The notes below the pieces were generated by a model. The model saw only the letters and a list, made by a program, of their open reading frames with translations, did no database searches and had not been told where the DNA came from. A DNA stretch of 56,298 nt, the filler included, from Squatina squatina (lineage: Eukaryota), in assembly GCA_031763465.1 (NCBI GenBank). It is 4 parts of 4 records of this genome, joined end to end, with 100 filler letters (N's around TTAATTAATTAA, not from the genome) between each part and the next. Parts side by side here need not be neighbours in the genome. Positions count along the whole stretch, not along the records: positions 1 to 12,725 come from JARFOE010000168.1; 3 more parts are not named here. One strand, written 5' to 3'. Each line of letters starts with the position of its first letter. Positions within the stretch are counted from its first letter, which is position 1. Below are positions 1 to 12,192 of this stretch, in pieces. The translations under genes and the position numbers were made by a program.

Positions 1-309
1 CCACAGCTGTATTAATAAAATACAAATTTGTATTTCCAGTTAGTAAGGGAAGTGGAAATTTAATTCAGATAAAATCATTTCTGGAATTGTTCAATATGGC
101 CAAATAAACAAACAATTTCCCAGAATAGATAAAGCAGTATGGATGAGTAGAAGAGGAATGCTAATACAATGCCAATTCACTCAGCATTAAATGATCTTTC
201 TGTTAAACAAATTTTGCAATATTTCCAAATTACAAATATTTGTAGCGTTGTGGATTTGCATTGAATACATATAAGGCTGACAATTTTGAGCTTGGTTCAA
301 ATCTGAGAT

Positions 310-457
310 AAATAGGTTTTTGGGCACGATGGGAATCCAGGAATATGGGGAGTGGGCGGGAAAGTGGAGTTGATGTAGAAGTTCAGCCATGATCTAATTG
401 AATGGCGAAGCAGGCTCGAGGGGCCCTATTTGCTACTCTTTATTCTTATGTTCTTAC
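310..457 (+). mobile_element. CR1-type LINE 3' end fragment
   Basis: Typical CR1 3' tail (GGATATGGGG...TCAGCCATGATCTAATTGAATGGCGAAGCAGGCTCGAGGGGC...TTCTTATGTTCTTA); related tails at 13301-13349 and 34613-34670. Confidence 0.7.
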
Positions 458-1159
458 GAACTTGAAAATATTCACAAAATTAAAATGATATGACAAAATT
501 TAGAGCTGGAAATCTTGTGGATTTGTAGAATGTCTCCTCAAATGTGTAATGGTCCCAAGTTTCAATTGTCAGATTATAGCCTTCAAATTACATTCTGCGA
601 AGATTTGTGCACAACCTCTTAAAGCATTCATAATTAAATACCTGTTAGATCAACACCTCTTAAATTAGCGTACCAACAAACAGCAAAGGAATGCGTTAGG
701 CATCTCACCCCATAATTTCAAGGCTGGGATTGTATTTTAAAGTGTGACACTGCTTACGCAGGAGAGGGAGCAGAACTCAACTCTGTGTAAGGAGATGGTA
801 ATACCACTCTGACAGAACTAGTGAACAATCTGAAAGATTAAATATATTTATGGGCTAAATTCTTTTTTGAAAATATTGACAAGTAAAATAAATATGTTTA
901 ATAGTGGTTTCAGTGCAGCCGGAGGTAGTGTGAGGGCTTATTATTCTAATGTTGTTGGATATGTTTGAAAGTTGCTTCTTTCAAAGGCAAAGTTATCCCA
1001 CTTATACAGGCAGCAGTCAAATAATCTGCCTGTAACATGCAAAACATTTCATGGAAATGGTATCAGGGCATATACTATACAAAATGTTTACACAGCAATG
1101 CGACAGTGCCAACTGAAACACTCTTGTGACAAGGAGTGTGAAAGTGGCGGGTGTGGTAC

Positions 1160-1256
1160 CTTTCTGAATCTTCTGGTGAAAGTTGATGGCGTCCACAGAT
1201 GCAATGGCGAGCTGCCACAATGCCAGCCACCTCATCCATCAGCTTCATAGTGACAC
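1160..1256 (-). pseudogene. ACOT7: ACOT7-type acyl-CoA thioesterase internal exon with a 20-nt frameshifting deletion
   Basis: Acceptor TTTCCTTTCCTTTCAG| and donor AAAG|GTACCA. Encodes GVTMKLMDEVAGIVAARHC, then in another frame ASVDAINFHQKIQKG, matching ACOT7 GVTMKLMDEVAGIVAARHCKTNIVTASVDAINFHDKIRKG with KTNIVT missing. Exon is 97 nt against 117 expected. Family identity is strong; pseudogene versus assembly error is unresolved. Confidence 0.8.
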
Positions 1257-1764
1257 CTGAAAGGAAAGGAAAGATCCATTTAAATAACTGGCAAACAGAG
1301 TACAAACAAATGAAAAGGAAAACCTCTTCTAAATATACTGCTAATGCCTAAATACATTTTGGCTTTGCTGTTTTTTTTAATCAGTATTCAATAGGTAATG
1401 GTTTAGAAAAGGTAAGTCCAGTGCACTACTTCAAAGTCAACCTTGACTGTAGCACATATTTAAACCAGAGANNNNNNNNNNNNNNNNNNNNNNNNNNNNN
1501 NNNNNNNNNNNNNNNNNNNNNNNNNNNNNNNNNNNNNNNNNNNNNNNNNNNNNNNNNNNNNNNNNNNNNNNTTCTGGTTACTATGGTAATCTTAATCCCT
1601 TGCGAACTGGATTTAACTAAATTGTAGCATTATTAACATAAACTGAACCAAAGATCCTCGCATCATCAGAATGTGGCTAGGTGTGATATGGCATTCAGAT
1701 GCCAAATATTGGTATCTACACAACAAGAAATACATAAACATACCAAGAGCGCATCACTCAACAT

Positions 1765-2070
1765 ACATCTCTTTTCATTAGAACAAAGAAGATTATGAGG
1801 AGAGCTGATAGAGGTGCTCAGAAAGTGAGAGAGAAATGTAGCATCACCAGAAACAGAATGAAGAGGTTAGGAGAATGTTTTTAAAACAAAGATACAAAGA
1901 AACAAAGATACAGTAGAGTCCATAATAACTTTTAAAAGGGAACGGATTAAATATTTGAAAAGGAAAAATTTAAGAGGGTGTGGAGAAAAGGCAGGAAAAT
2001 TGGATAAAGTAGATCGCTCTTTCAGCATGATTGGCTAAATCGCCTCCTTCTGCAATGTAAAATTCTATAC
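1765..2070 (+). mobile_element. Decayed CR1 LINE 3' fragment
   Basis: TTTTCATTAGAACAAAGAAGATTATGAGGAGAGCTGATAGAGG resembles the CR1 'FSLEQRRLRGDLIEV' segment, followed by 3' UTR-like sequence. Confidence 0.55.
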
Positions 2071-2741
2071 TTCCAGATGGTAACCTGCCAAAAAAAAGTG
2101 CCAGTGTTGGGGGAAAGGGAGAGACAGGCGACTGCAAGCTCTACGAGGAAGAAGGGAGAGAGCAGGAAAGAAGAATTGAAACACAAAATCGCTACGGGAG
2201 ATTCTGGTACTATCACGAAACTTGAGGCCGCGACTTTCAGGCCTGCAATTACTGGTAACAAAAACATTCTAATTTTAGAACTGTAAATTAACTCACTCCT
2301 TCAGAGAATATTTTCTAATCACTGCCTGAAGCTGTATAATTAAAAAAAAGGNNNNNNNNNNNNNNNNNNNNNNNNNNNNNNNNNNNNNNNNNNNNNNNNN
2401 NNNNNNNNNNNNNNNNNNNNNNNNNNNNNNNNNNNNNNNNNNNNNNNNNNNNNNNNNNNNNNNNNNNNNNNNNNNNNNNNNNNNNNNNNNNNNNNNNNNN
2501 NNNNNNNNNNNNNNNNNNNNNNNNNNNNNNNNNNNNNNNNNNNNNNNNNNNNNNNNNNNNNNNNNNNNNNNNNNNNNNNNNNNNNNNNNNNNNNNNNNNN
2601 NNNNNNNNNNNNNNNNNNNNNNNNNNNNNNNNAATTTTCCCACAAGTACTGCCTAAAACTGTGCCTGTGAAATAACGACATACGTTAGTTATTTGTTGGA
2701 TGTTGGTGCTAAGGAATGGTAGACTTGCCTTTTCAGGCAAC

Positions 2742-3010
2742 CAGTGTTAGCATCAAGCACTCTCAAGTCAGATAAAGCACAGCTAGATGCTGAGTAAAGC
2801 TCTCTCTGCTTTGCCTCATCAACGTGCATAGCTCCAGTCTCCGAACAGTGCTAATTAGGGACTGTAAATCCAGTTGTTAGCATGGGCAGAGATTGCCCAA
2901 GCTCATTTCACTTAGGTCCCTTACAGTCAAGAGACAAGAAGAGTCTTTTGTTTCATTGTCTGGGCTGCAGTTGAACCCAGGTCGAAGAGATGAAAGGCCA
3001 GTTCCCCAAG
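2742..3010 (-). mobile_element. LF-SINE-like tRNA-derived SINE, decayed
   Basis: Minus strand reads GCCTTTCATCTCTTCGACCTGGGTTCAACTGCAGCCCAG...CCTAAGTGAAATGAGCTTGG...CTAATTAGCAC, close to LF-SINE consensus motifs as I recall them, with a B-box-like GGTTCAA. Confidence 0.55.
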
Positions 3011-3267
3011 CTATGACAGTATAAAGTTAATCAGTCCCATTCTCATGGTTTTGTCACATCACTCAGTGCAGTATCACTTATCAAATGTCAGGATATTATT
3101 ACAGGTGCCGCCTAGCCAGCATTATCCACTCGGATATCCTACCTGAAAAATAAATAAAATGAAAACAGCAAACAACAATCTGTGTATATTCTGAAGAATA
3201 ATATGCTTTATAGTGTTACTGCCTGCTTCATAACGCCATCTCAACTGCCCAATTTACTACTGACATA

Positions 3268-3437
3268 GCAACAGAAAATGTTTGACCTGCTGTGCATTTC
3301 CATCAGATTCTGAAAGAAAATAGGCAGGTCAACATTTTGGAAGGGACCTTTCGTCACAACCTGGCCAACCTGCTGTGCATTCCCAGCATTGCCTATTTTT
3401 ATTTTGACATTTCCAGCCATTTGTAGTTTCTCTTTTA
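3268..3437. mobile_element. Penelope-type short repeat, decayed
   Basis: GACCTGCTGTGCATTTCC and CCTGCTGTGCATTCCCAGCATT...ATTTCCAGC motifs are shared with copies at 28671-28770, 31407-31503 and 56188-56298. Confidence 0.5.
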
Positions 3438-6420
3438 TCTCGGTGTATGACTGTCTCGCAGTACTGCAGATTGTATTATTCTAAATTTACACTTTTAACT
3501 GCATCAGCAAAGGCTTTCACTGCTGTCAGTTCCTTCAGAAATAGCCATCACCAAGGCACCTGAAGCAATTCAAGCCAGCACTGGGCGCAAATCAAAAGAT
3601 AGAAATTACAACCGATAGAAATTACTGCTCTGACCCTTCCATAAAGAATAGTCTATTATTCACTCGGCGATTGAAAGTAATTTTCCTTCAGCCTTCAGCT
3701 TGTAGGTACTTGCTCCCAACAGTGCCACCAAGAGGCTCTTACTGCTTCAGTGTCGAAGTACAATTAATCAAAAATCATTTATCTTCATCAGTTAAATGCA
3801 AGAAGTATAACAGTGTGATTGAGTTTAACACATCAGCCTTGGTGTGCTACAGGCAATTTATATCCTTCCAGTTGTTGGTGCTCAAGGAAAGGTAACTCGG
3901 CCAACAGTTGCCTTCAACTGGACGCTAGAAAATTGCATCAAAGATTGATCTGGTCATGTTTATAAGGCACCCATGTCAATCTCCAAGCATCTAAGCCTTC
4001 ATTGGCTAAATGATCAACTTTGGAGCCAGTTATCAGCCATAAAGAGGCCAGTTTTATTTATTTATTTTAAGTACATCCCACTTTCAAAATAGACAGCGGG
4101 ATCCATAAGGCAAATAAAAACAGCTAAGTTTTTTTTAATTATCAGAAAATGAAAGTATATGATCAATAGAATCGGGAAGAATAGTGAAGGCAGGGCAAAC
4201 GATTTAAATAATTTATTACTTATCACTTTTGTACAACAGGGTTAATACTCAATCACTAAATCTACTGTCACGAGTGGCTTTTCCATCTTGCTGTAATATT
4301 AGCTAGACTTTCAGTATCACAATGAGTAAACTAAAAATAATCTGCCATGAAAGAGAACAGAATTCCCTAGAGTTGCCTTCAGTCTAAAGATTATTGACTA
4401 TTCAACCTGTTCAAAATAGATTGANNNNNNNNNNNNNNNNNNNNNNNNNNNNNNNNNNNNNNNNNNNNNNNNNNNNNNNNNNNNNNNNNNNNNNNNNNNN
4501 NNNNNNNNNNNNNNNNNNNNNNNNCCCCCGCATCTGTCGATGCTCAATTCACAGTCATTGTTTAAATAATTATTTTCACCCCTGTACTTGAAATGGTTTT
4601 GTTATTTTTCTTATTGAAAACCTAGATGACAAGCCAGGGACCACAGTGAAGGCCACCATTAAGGATAAAAAGAGTGGGTTAGAAGCCAACATAAATCACA
4701 GTAGTGATTTGGCACTGCCAAGCTTTAAAAGCTTGTTGACCGGAAAGGGAAAGGGAAAGGGCGGATGAGAAATATGTGGAGTTCCAGGGTTTTGAAGTCC
4801 TGGGAGTGTAGGAGATTTCCAAGCGTTAGTGGCATAGTGGCTAAGGTTTCAGCCTCTGATGGAGAGTGGAGGAAAAGTAGTGATGACAGAGGCAAAGGTT
4901 GTAGGCTTAGGTTGTACGCTGGAGATTATTTCATAGACAGGATAGAACAAGGCCATGGAGGGACTGGAAGGCGAGATCAAGGATCTTGAAATCAATTCAC
5001 TAAGACATGGGGCCAAGGCCATTTTACTGAAAAATCATTTAACTTTGTTAAAATAAATGTGCGTTTTCCATGTGTACGAATCATAGAAACAGTTGGAGTC
5101 AGTTCACTTCCTCTTTATTAATTTGCAATAAAATATTTAACATCATTACAGGCTCCACTAGGAAGAGATGCAAAATTTTCTAAAAATAAAATTACTGACA
5201 GAAATGTTAATGATTCATAGTAGATTTATGGGTATGGGACAAGAACTGAATCCAGAATAAGAACTTATTAAAACCAGTTACAACAGACCACAGTATACCT
5301 TTAGTGTGACAGATGCAAAACCTCCAACTGTAAATTACTGTTACACCAAGTGACACAAAAGCCCAGATTTTCTGATCGATGTTATTTTTAAAATAGGCAG
5401 TCTCCATTCATTTTAACTGGNNNNNNNNNNNNNNNNNNNNNNNNNNNNNNNNNNNNNNNNNNNNNNNNNNNNNNNNNNNNNNNNNNNNNNNNNNNNNNNN
5501 NNNNNNNNNNNNNNNNNNNNTGACATTGCCTACTGCAGCCTCATGGGGCGCTGTCCAATTTCTGCCACAAGGTGAAAAGGGGTCGCCGCGCATGGCGATG
5601 ATGCCATCGTCAGAGGCACAGCGCTACTGGTTTCGTGCCTCCGCTAATTTCCGCGCAATTTCACAGGAGCCAGTAGAGCCCAACCACCACCCCACCCGCC
5701 CCCCGCCCCGGGCCAAAACACGTTCACGGCCTGTTAGCGCACAGCAGGAGAATTTCACCCTCATTGTGTTTAATATAAACCCATATGTAGTGCATTAACA
5801 CTGCAAGGGTTATACTAGGAAGAGACTTTGCCATGCAGACACCTCCACAGGTCAGATCCTCACAGGCACTGACTTATGTGCACATTCCCAAAGTACTACT
5901 ACGATGAAGGACTGCAACAAATAAATACATGTGAAAATTTCCCCAAAGAGACAGACAAGAGTGACCTTGAATTGTAGAACAACACGTTGCAGGAAAACTA
6001 TTTGCAGCAGGTAATAGACATGCTTTTCCCCAATGGGACCTAATAAGCGAGGTTACTACGTTTAGAGAATGGATGCAAAGAAGATCTGGTGTCTGCCCTG
6101 CATATTTCTTTCACTGCAAATGAGGAACTATTCCTCTGGTAGCTATCCCTCATGGACAAACTAGAGAGAGTATGCTAAAGAAGTACACTCTACAACATGT
6201 TTGTGTTCTGCTGATGGTGAATGAGTGGCCTCATTTGTTCTTTGCCTTCGATAAAAGAAGCAAATGTGAAGGCCATTAGTACTCAGTATAGTTGACACAA
6301 AAGCAAGCTGCCTTGTAAATAAGCACTGAAGAAATGTATTTTAGGCTCAAGGTTAGGTATGTGTGGATGAGAATACAAATGCTGCAGTATCGTGAATTTG
6401 AGATGAAAGTTGGAGATGAT

Positions 6421-6865
6421 GAAAGAAAGAAAAGACTTGCATTTATATAGCACCTCTGGATGTCCCAAAGTGCTTTACAGCCAATGAAGTACTTTTGAAG
6501 TGTCGTCACTGCTGTAATGTAGGAAACACGGCAGCCAATTAGCGCACAGCAAGCTCCCACAAACAGCAATGTGATAATGACCAGGTAATCTGTCTTATTA
6601 GATGTTGACTGAGGGGTAAATATTGGCCAGGACACCGGGGATAGTTCCACTGCTCTTCTTCGAAATAGTGCCATGGGATCATTTAAGTCCACTGAGAGAG
6701 CAGACGGAGCCTCGGTTTAACGTCTCATCCGACACTGCAGCACTCCTTCAGTACTGCACTGACGTGTCAGCCTAGATTTTTGCGTTCAAGTCTCTGGAAT
6801 GGGACTTGAACCCACAATCTTCTGACCCAGAGGCGAGAGTGCTACCAAATGAGCCACAGCTGACA
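6421..6865 (-). mobile_element. Near full-length Deu-domain SINE (SacSINE1-like)
   Basis: tRNA-like head with A box TGGCTCATTTGG and B box GGTTCAAGTCC, Deu core GAGACGTTAAACCGAGG...GATCCCATGGCACTATTTCGAAGAAGAG...CCCCGGTGTCCTGGCCAA, tail GCTATATAAATGCAAGTC plus (CTTT)n; second copy at 12193-12576. Confidence 0.85.
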
Positions 6866-6901
6866 GACAATTAATGATGAGAGCTCAAAGCTTGCAAGTG
6901 T

Positions 6902-6938
6902 ATGTGTGCGTGTGCGTGTGCGTGTGCGTGTGCGTGCG
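6902..6938. repeat. (GTGCGT)n microsatellite
   Basis: Directly visible. Confidence 0.9.
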
Positions 6939-6944
6939 TTTATA

Positions 6945-7555
6945 CCATCTTGGGCCTCCTTGCCATTGGGTGGCTGGCTACCCCATGTTAAAAAAAAATT
7001 CATGCAGAGGCATCTTCCACCCTTCAAAATGAAGTTTGGGACCTGGAACGTTCAGACCCTCATGGACAACCCCAATAGCAACAGACCTGAACATCGCACC
7101 ACTATCATAGCCCAGGAACTCAGATGCTTCGACATCGCTGCCCTGAGTGAGACACGGCAGGCAGGAGAAGGCCTGCTCAAGGAACAAAGAGGCGGATACA
7201 TCTTCTGGAAAGGCAAATCAGAGGAAGAACACCATCTCCATGGAGTTGGCTTCCATCAAAAATGTCCTAGTTTGGCAATTTAGCGAGTCCCCTTGTGGGA
7301 TAATTGAATGCCACACGACCCTTCGGCTCATTCTAACCTGGAACTAGTACACTATGTCAGTGTGTACGCTCCAACCCTGGAAGCTACGGATGATGCCAAA
7401 GAGGAACACTACTCCAGCCTTGAACAATCCCTGTCCCGAGTCCCAATTGAAGACAAGCTGATTCTCCTTGGTGATTTCAATGCTAGAGTTGGGAAGGCCA
7501 CAAACCTCTGAAAAGATGTGATTGGCAGGGAATGAGTAGGGAAGACTAACTCCAA
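6945..7555 (+). mobile_element. RTE-clade LINE, APE endonuclease region, frameshifted
   Basis: FGTWNVQTL...DIAALSETR...GEG...GYIFWKG...HGVGF, then VSVYAPTL...LILLGDFNARVG in another frame; stops follow. Confidence 0.88.
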
Positions 7556-9123
7556 NNNNNNNNNNNNNNNNNNNNNNNNNNNNNNNNNNNNNNNNNNNNN
7601 NNNNNNNNNNNNNNNNNNNNNNNNNNNNNNNNNNNNNNNNNNNNNNNNNNNNNNNGGAGGAGGAGGGAGAGATGGCGGATGGGGGGAAGGTGGGAGGAGG
7701 AGAGATGTCGGATGGGAGTTCTGGAGCTCGGGACAAACCATGTCTGATTGGGATGCGCTTGGTGCTTCCTTCGGTTCCCCAGTGTGGCCATTCGCCCCTC
7801 GGGCTGTGAGGAAACAGAGGGGAGGAAGAGAGTTCAGATACAGTGGGGGGAAAGGAAGCGGAACTCGAGCATCGTATGAACGTGAACAAGGTTTACCCGG
7901 TCTCTGTGTGGTAATCCCTGAGCTGTGTTGGTGGTTTCCCGTGTTTCTTGGACGTTTTGTATGCACGCTCGCGCTATCTCTCCATTTCTTTTGGCACTGA
8001 TCAACATCTGAACACTGTGCGTCTGACCTGCAGCCTGAAGCTTACAAGCAGTTTCCATCTGCAGCGCTCCAACAGTGATCTGTTGTGCAGTCCATGGTGT
8101 TATGCTCCAGTCCCTCCCCCTTACTGGGGGCTCAGCTAGGATCGTCACTCTGTCCCCTGTCTATCTCGCTGCAGATGGCACGCACTGTTACACAGGCACA
8201 TCACCCGAAGAGACTGGAGAAGTTGGGATTGTTCTCCTTAGAGCAGAGAAGGCCAAGGGGAGATTGAAGGGAGGGGATGGAAGGAGGAGTGTCTCCGTGT
8301 ATCCCTGTACTGGGAGAGCAAGGCTGCTTCCTTCCCCCGATGGGGCAGAGACAGGTGCCCAACTCTGCCACTGTTGGTGATACCCTCCCGATCTAACCAT
8401 CTCTTGTATTTCTTTCTTTCAGATAATTTACTACCTTCCTCCTCTCAGTTTTTCTCATTGTACATTACACCTCCTCTTCCCTCATTATACCAATTACAAC
8501 CTCATTTGTCTACTTTATAAGTTCTAGTCATTTATTGTTTCACACCATGGGATTTACTGTCCCATATGTGCTACCTTAATCATCATCAAAATAGAGGTGG
8601 CCAAATTTTAACTTCAAGTCATTAACTAGTTTGCCAAAAATAGCACAGAGTAATTTAAACCCTTTTCTTTGATTACATCCTTATCTTTTCACTCTGCTCC
8701 ACATCTCAGATCTTTGTCATCTTCTTTGCCTGCAGGTTGCACCTGAAGACCCAACAGTTGAAATGTTCTTATCCCTTTTCTTTGTTCAGTGCATAACCCC
8801 AGAACCACCTGTCTTACCGTCTGCTGCCAACACAGTGAAACAGCTACCATGCCAATGCAACTCCTTCTTTGGACTTCTTGCCAACGTTTCACTTTAGATC
8901 AGTGTAATGTAACTCAACTCAGGGGAAACTTTCAGAAGAACATTCCATATAACGTATGGACATTGTAGCTTGAATTGGTCATTTCAGTGAAACAAGGTCA
9001 ATTCAATACATTTTGCAGGGGGANNNNNNNNNNNNNNNNNNNNNNNNNNNNNNNNNNNNNNNNNNNNNNNNNNNNNNNNNNNNNNNNNNNNNNNNNNNNN
9101 NNNNNNNNNNNNNNNNNNNNNNN

Positions 9124-9579
9124 AAAGTTTGAAAAGAATGTGGGAACTGAGAGCCGAGATTGGTTTGCTTTTGAAAATGAAAGAAAAAGATTTGCATTTT
9201 CCACAGTTGAACGAAGTGGATTGGCTCTCTGATTTTGCATTCGCTGATATCATGGGCCACATGAACGAACTGAATTTAAGACTGTAAGGGAAGGGGCTTT
9301 TTGCTCATGATTTGCATTTCAGTGTCAAGTCATTTATAATGAAGTTATTCCTTTTCTCCCGTCAGATAGAAAACAAGCAGTTCAGCCATTTTCCCACTTT
9401 GCGACAGACTACTGTTTGCGATCAAAAACTGAAAAGGTACACGTCATCACGACTTGACTTGCATGTTGAATTTTCTCGCCGATTTCAGGATTTTAGAATG
9501 ATACAAAATGGACTGACTTTGCTATCTTCACCATTCACATTTGATGTTGACCAACGCTCCATGGGACCATCAACTCGAA
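9124..9579 (+). mobile_element. hAT (SPIN/Buster/GTF2IRD2-like) transposase fragment
   Basis: One frame reads LKRMWELRAEI...FPQLNEVDWLSDFAFADIMGHMNELNLRL*GK...FSHFPTL...EFSRRFQDF...SPF, then APWDHQLE after a 1-nt shift; one in-frame stop replaces Q of LQGK. Confidence 0.85.
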
Positions 9580-10323
9580 TAATGACGGACAGGGAAAGAC
9601 CATCAGATCCATCGAGCCTGTCCCCCACAATTGCGATACCTTTTGTATCACAACATATACATGCCACCCACCCAGAACCACATGATCTCCCGGGAGAGGC
9701 AAAAAAAAATACACAACCCCAGCCAATTTGGGAAAAAAATCTGGGAAATTCCTCTCCAATCCATCTAAGTGATCAAAACTAGTCCAGAAGATCACTCTGG
9801 CCTTGAAATTCCCTGCAGTACCTACCTTCTGTAAGAGATGATCTCCGTCGCATCCAGAAATGAATCCGACTTCCTCTTTAAGGAATTTAGTGAGACTGCA
9901 TCCACCACACGAAAGAGCAGTTTGTTCCAGAGGTCTACTTTTCTCTGGGGAAAGAACCACCTCCTGACATCTAACCTAGGTCTTGCCCTATACAACTTAA
10001 ATTTGTGACCCCTGGTCCTGCCTAACCTATTTAATTGAAATAAACTGTTAGCTGTAACACCATCTGTTCCCTTCATTATCTTATAAACCTCAATCAGATC
10101 CCCCCAAGTCTACACTGCTCTGAAGTATACAGTCCCAACTCTTTTAATCTATCTTTATAACTAAGATGCTTCAGACTTGGAATTAGTCTAGTGACCCTCT
10201 TCTGCACCCTTTCCAGAACCGCAATATCACCTACCATGTGAGGAGACCAAAACTGGACACCGTATTCCATGTGCGGCCTGACTAAGGTCTTGTACAAGGC
10301 CAAAATAGTACGCCTCGTCTTAC
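9580..10323 (-). mobile_element. CR1 LINE ORF2 C-terminus and 3' UTR
   Basis: LYKTLVRPHMEYGVQFWSP...LERVQKR...SYKDRLKELGL and RTRGHKFKL...RRWFFPQRKVDLWNKL motifs. Confidence 0.9.
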
Positions 10324-11808
10324 NNNNNNNNNNNNNNNNNNNNNNNNNNNNNNNNNNNNNNNNNNNNNNNNNNNNNNNNNNNNNNNNNNNNNNNNNNNNN
10401 NNNNNNNNNNNNNNNNNNNNNNNCCCCCAATATCTTAAATGTAAAACTTGAACAATCGTGAGATTGTTCTGCAGCGGTAACATTTTTGCTTCAATTGCTG
10501 TGAGTAATTGGCATGGCTAAACTATCACAAGCGTGGAAGTAAGAGTTGTTGCAAGATTATTTGTGGGGTGGTCTTGTCAACACGCAACAGTTGAGTTCAT
10601 ATTAACATTCACAGTGGTCAATCTTTGGGACCAGATATTGTAGAAGTGTCTAAACCTTTTGCCTTCATGGACACTCAGATTGTGTGATGTCCCCCCCTGT
10701 CTGAAGTTTAAATGAATGCCCCCATTAATTTGCAAATACCACAAGTTGGCTGTTGGTGTTCTGATTCGTGATTTATCTACCAATCAGACAACAGTGCTCA
10801 GAAAAACCACCGGATCCATAAAATTCAAGAGGGACTAAGCAGAGAACAAGAAACACAAACAAAAGTAAGAGCTGGACTGCCCAGGATTGGTTTGAACCCT
10901 ATGATAAATTGCAAAAACAGATTTGTAATTAATTGGTGGGAAGTTGGGGGTGGGGGGTGGAATTAATNNNNNNNNNNATAAGAAATAAAATAGGGCTGCA
11001 AGCTAATAACGACAGGAGGTAGATAATCAATCTTAGGGTGGAGGTGCATGGCCTCTAGTCTTTTTTTTGGTGAAGTTTGGTTCCCTAACGTGTGGAGCCA
11101 TGAATTCGGCTGCCTAGGCGTGCGTTTGCGATGCAGGTGTTGTGACATCTGGCAGTTCCTCTCTATCCGGCGCGTGGGAAACTGCACCGAAACTGCTTAC
11201 TCAATGCAAATAAATGTCTGTGGGCGGTGAGCTGGCCAGGCTGCAGGCTCGGGNNNNNNNNNNNNNNNNNNNNNNNNNNNNNNNNNNNNNNNNNNNNNNN
11301 NNNNNNNNNNNNNNNNNNNNNNNNNNNNNNNNNNNNNNNNNNNNNNNNNNNNNTTACTAGGCCTGGAAACCTGAGCTGGGCGCCTCTCTCTTTGTCTTGT
11401 GTTTACCAATAGTTGTGCAAACAAGTGTGCAATCACATTGATGCACTTGGCACAATTTAAGTTTATGCGCCGAGCATGCTGGGAGTGGTGCTTAATTAAA
11501 ACATGTTAAAGTGCTCGAGCTGTATTTGGAGATCACTTGAGCGTATATCAAAATAAGAGCACCTTTAAGTTGCAGTTATTACTGAATAGGCCGATGTGGT
11601 AACTGAATCTTTCCTTGATTGTATAATGGTGGTATTTTGATTGTGTTGCATTCTAATTTAGAAGATTAAGATGGTTGAATCCAGTCTTCAGCCTTTTTAA
11701 GGCAGCAGGCAGAGTGCCACTGATGTCGACTCGTTAACAATTAATTAGCCTAGCTGGAGGTTTGAAGCTCTTGGTAGAAGCATTTTCCGTGTGGTATTGT
11801 TTGTTGAT

Positions 11809-11822
11809 GTTGCTATGGCAAC
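11809..11822. promoter_or_regulatory. RFX X-box motif GTTGCTATGGCAAC
   Basis: Near-palindromic 14-mer matching GTTRCYATRGYAAC; function untested. Confidence 0.5.
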
Positions 11823-12024
11823 CAGAAGGCCCTCACCTGGTGATTCTGTAAGCGTCTGTGCAAATTCAGGTTGTCCATCTATCACCAACCTTTTGTGTCC
11901 TGTATAGCACAGAGAAAAAAGAGAAAATTATGACATTAGAAACTATTTGTACCAACCGACTTCCTGTCTAAGAATAATTAAGGGCAAGAAATAGAAAACA
12001 TCTTTCCTTTGGCCTGTTAGTAAC

Positions 12025-12192
12025 TGTCAGTGCATACTGGAGGAGTGCTACATTGTCAGAGTTCCCATCCTTCAGATGAGACATTAAATTGGGGCACATT
12101 CTGCACGTTTAGGTGGACGTAAAAGATCCCATGGCACTACTCAAAGAGCAGTTCTCCTGGTATCTGGGCCAACATTGGTCCAACATTTATCC
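12025..12192 (+). mobile_element. Older partial Deu-domain SINE
   Basis: GATGAGACATTAAA...GGACGTAAAAGATCCCATGGCACT...GGCCAACATT core directly upstream of a younger copy. Confidence 0.7.

Noticed and set aside
6790-6865. tRNA gene
   Set aside because: A and B boxes belong to a SINE head continuous with the Deu core; no complete cloverleaf.
8742-8770. CTGAAGA...GAAATGTT hammerhead-like core
   Set aside because: Stems I and II do not pair.
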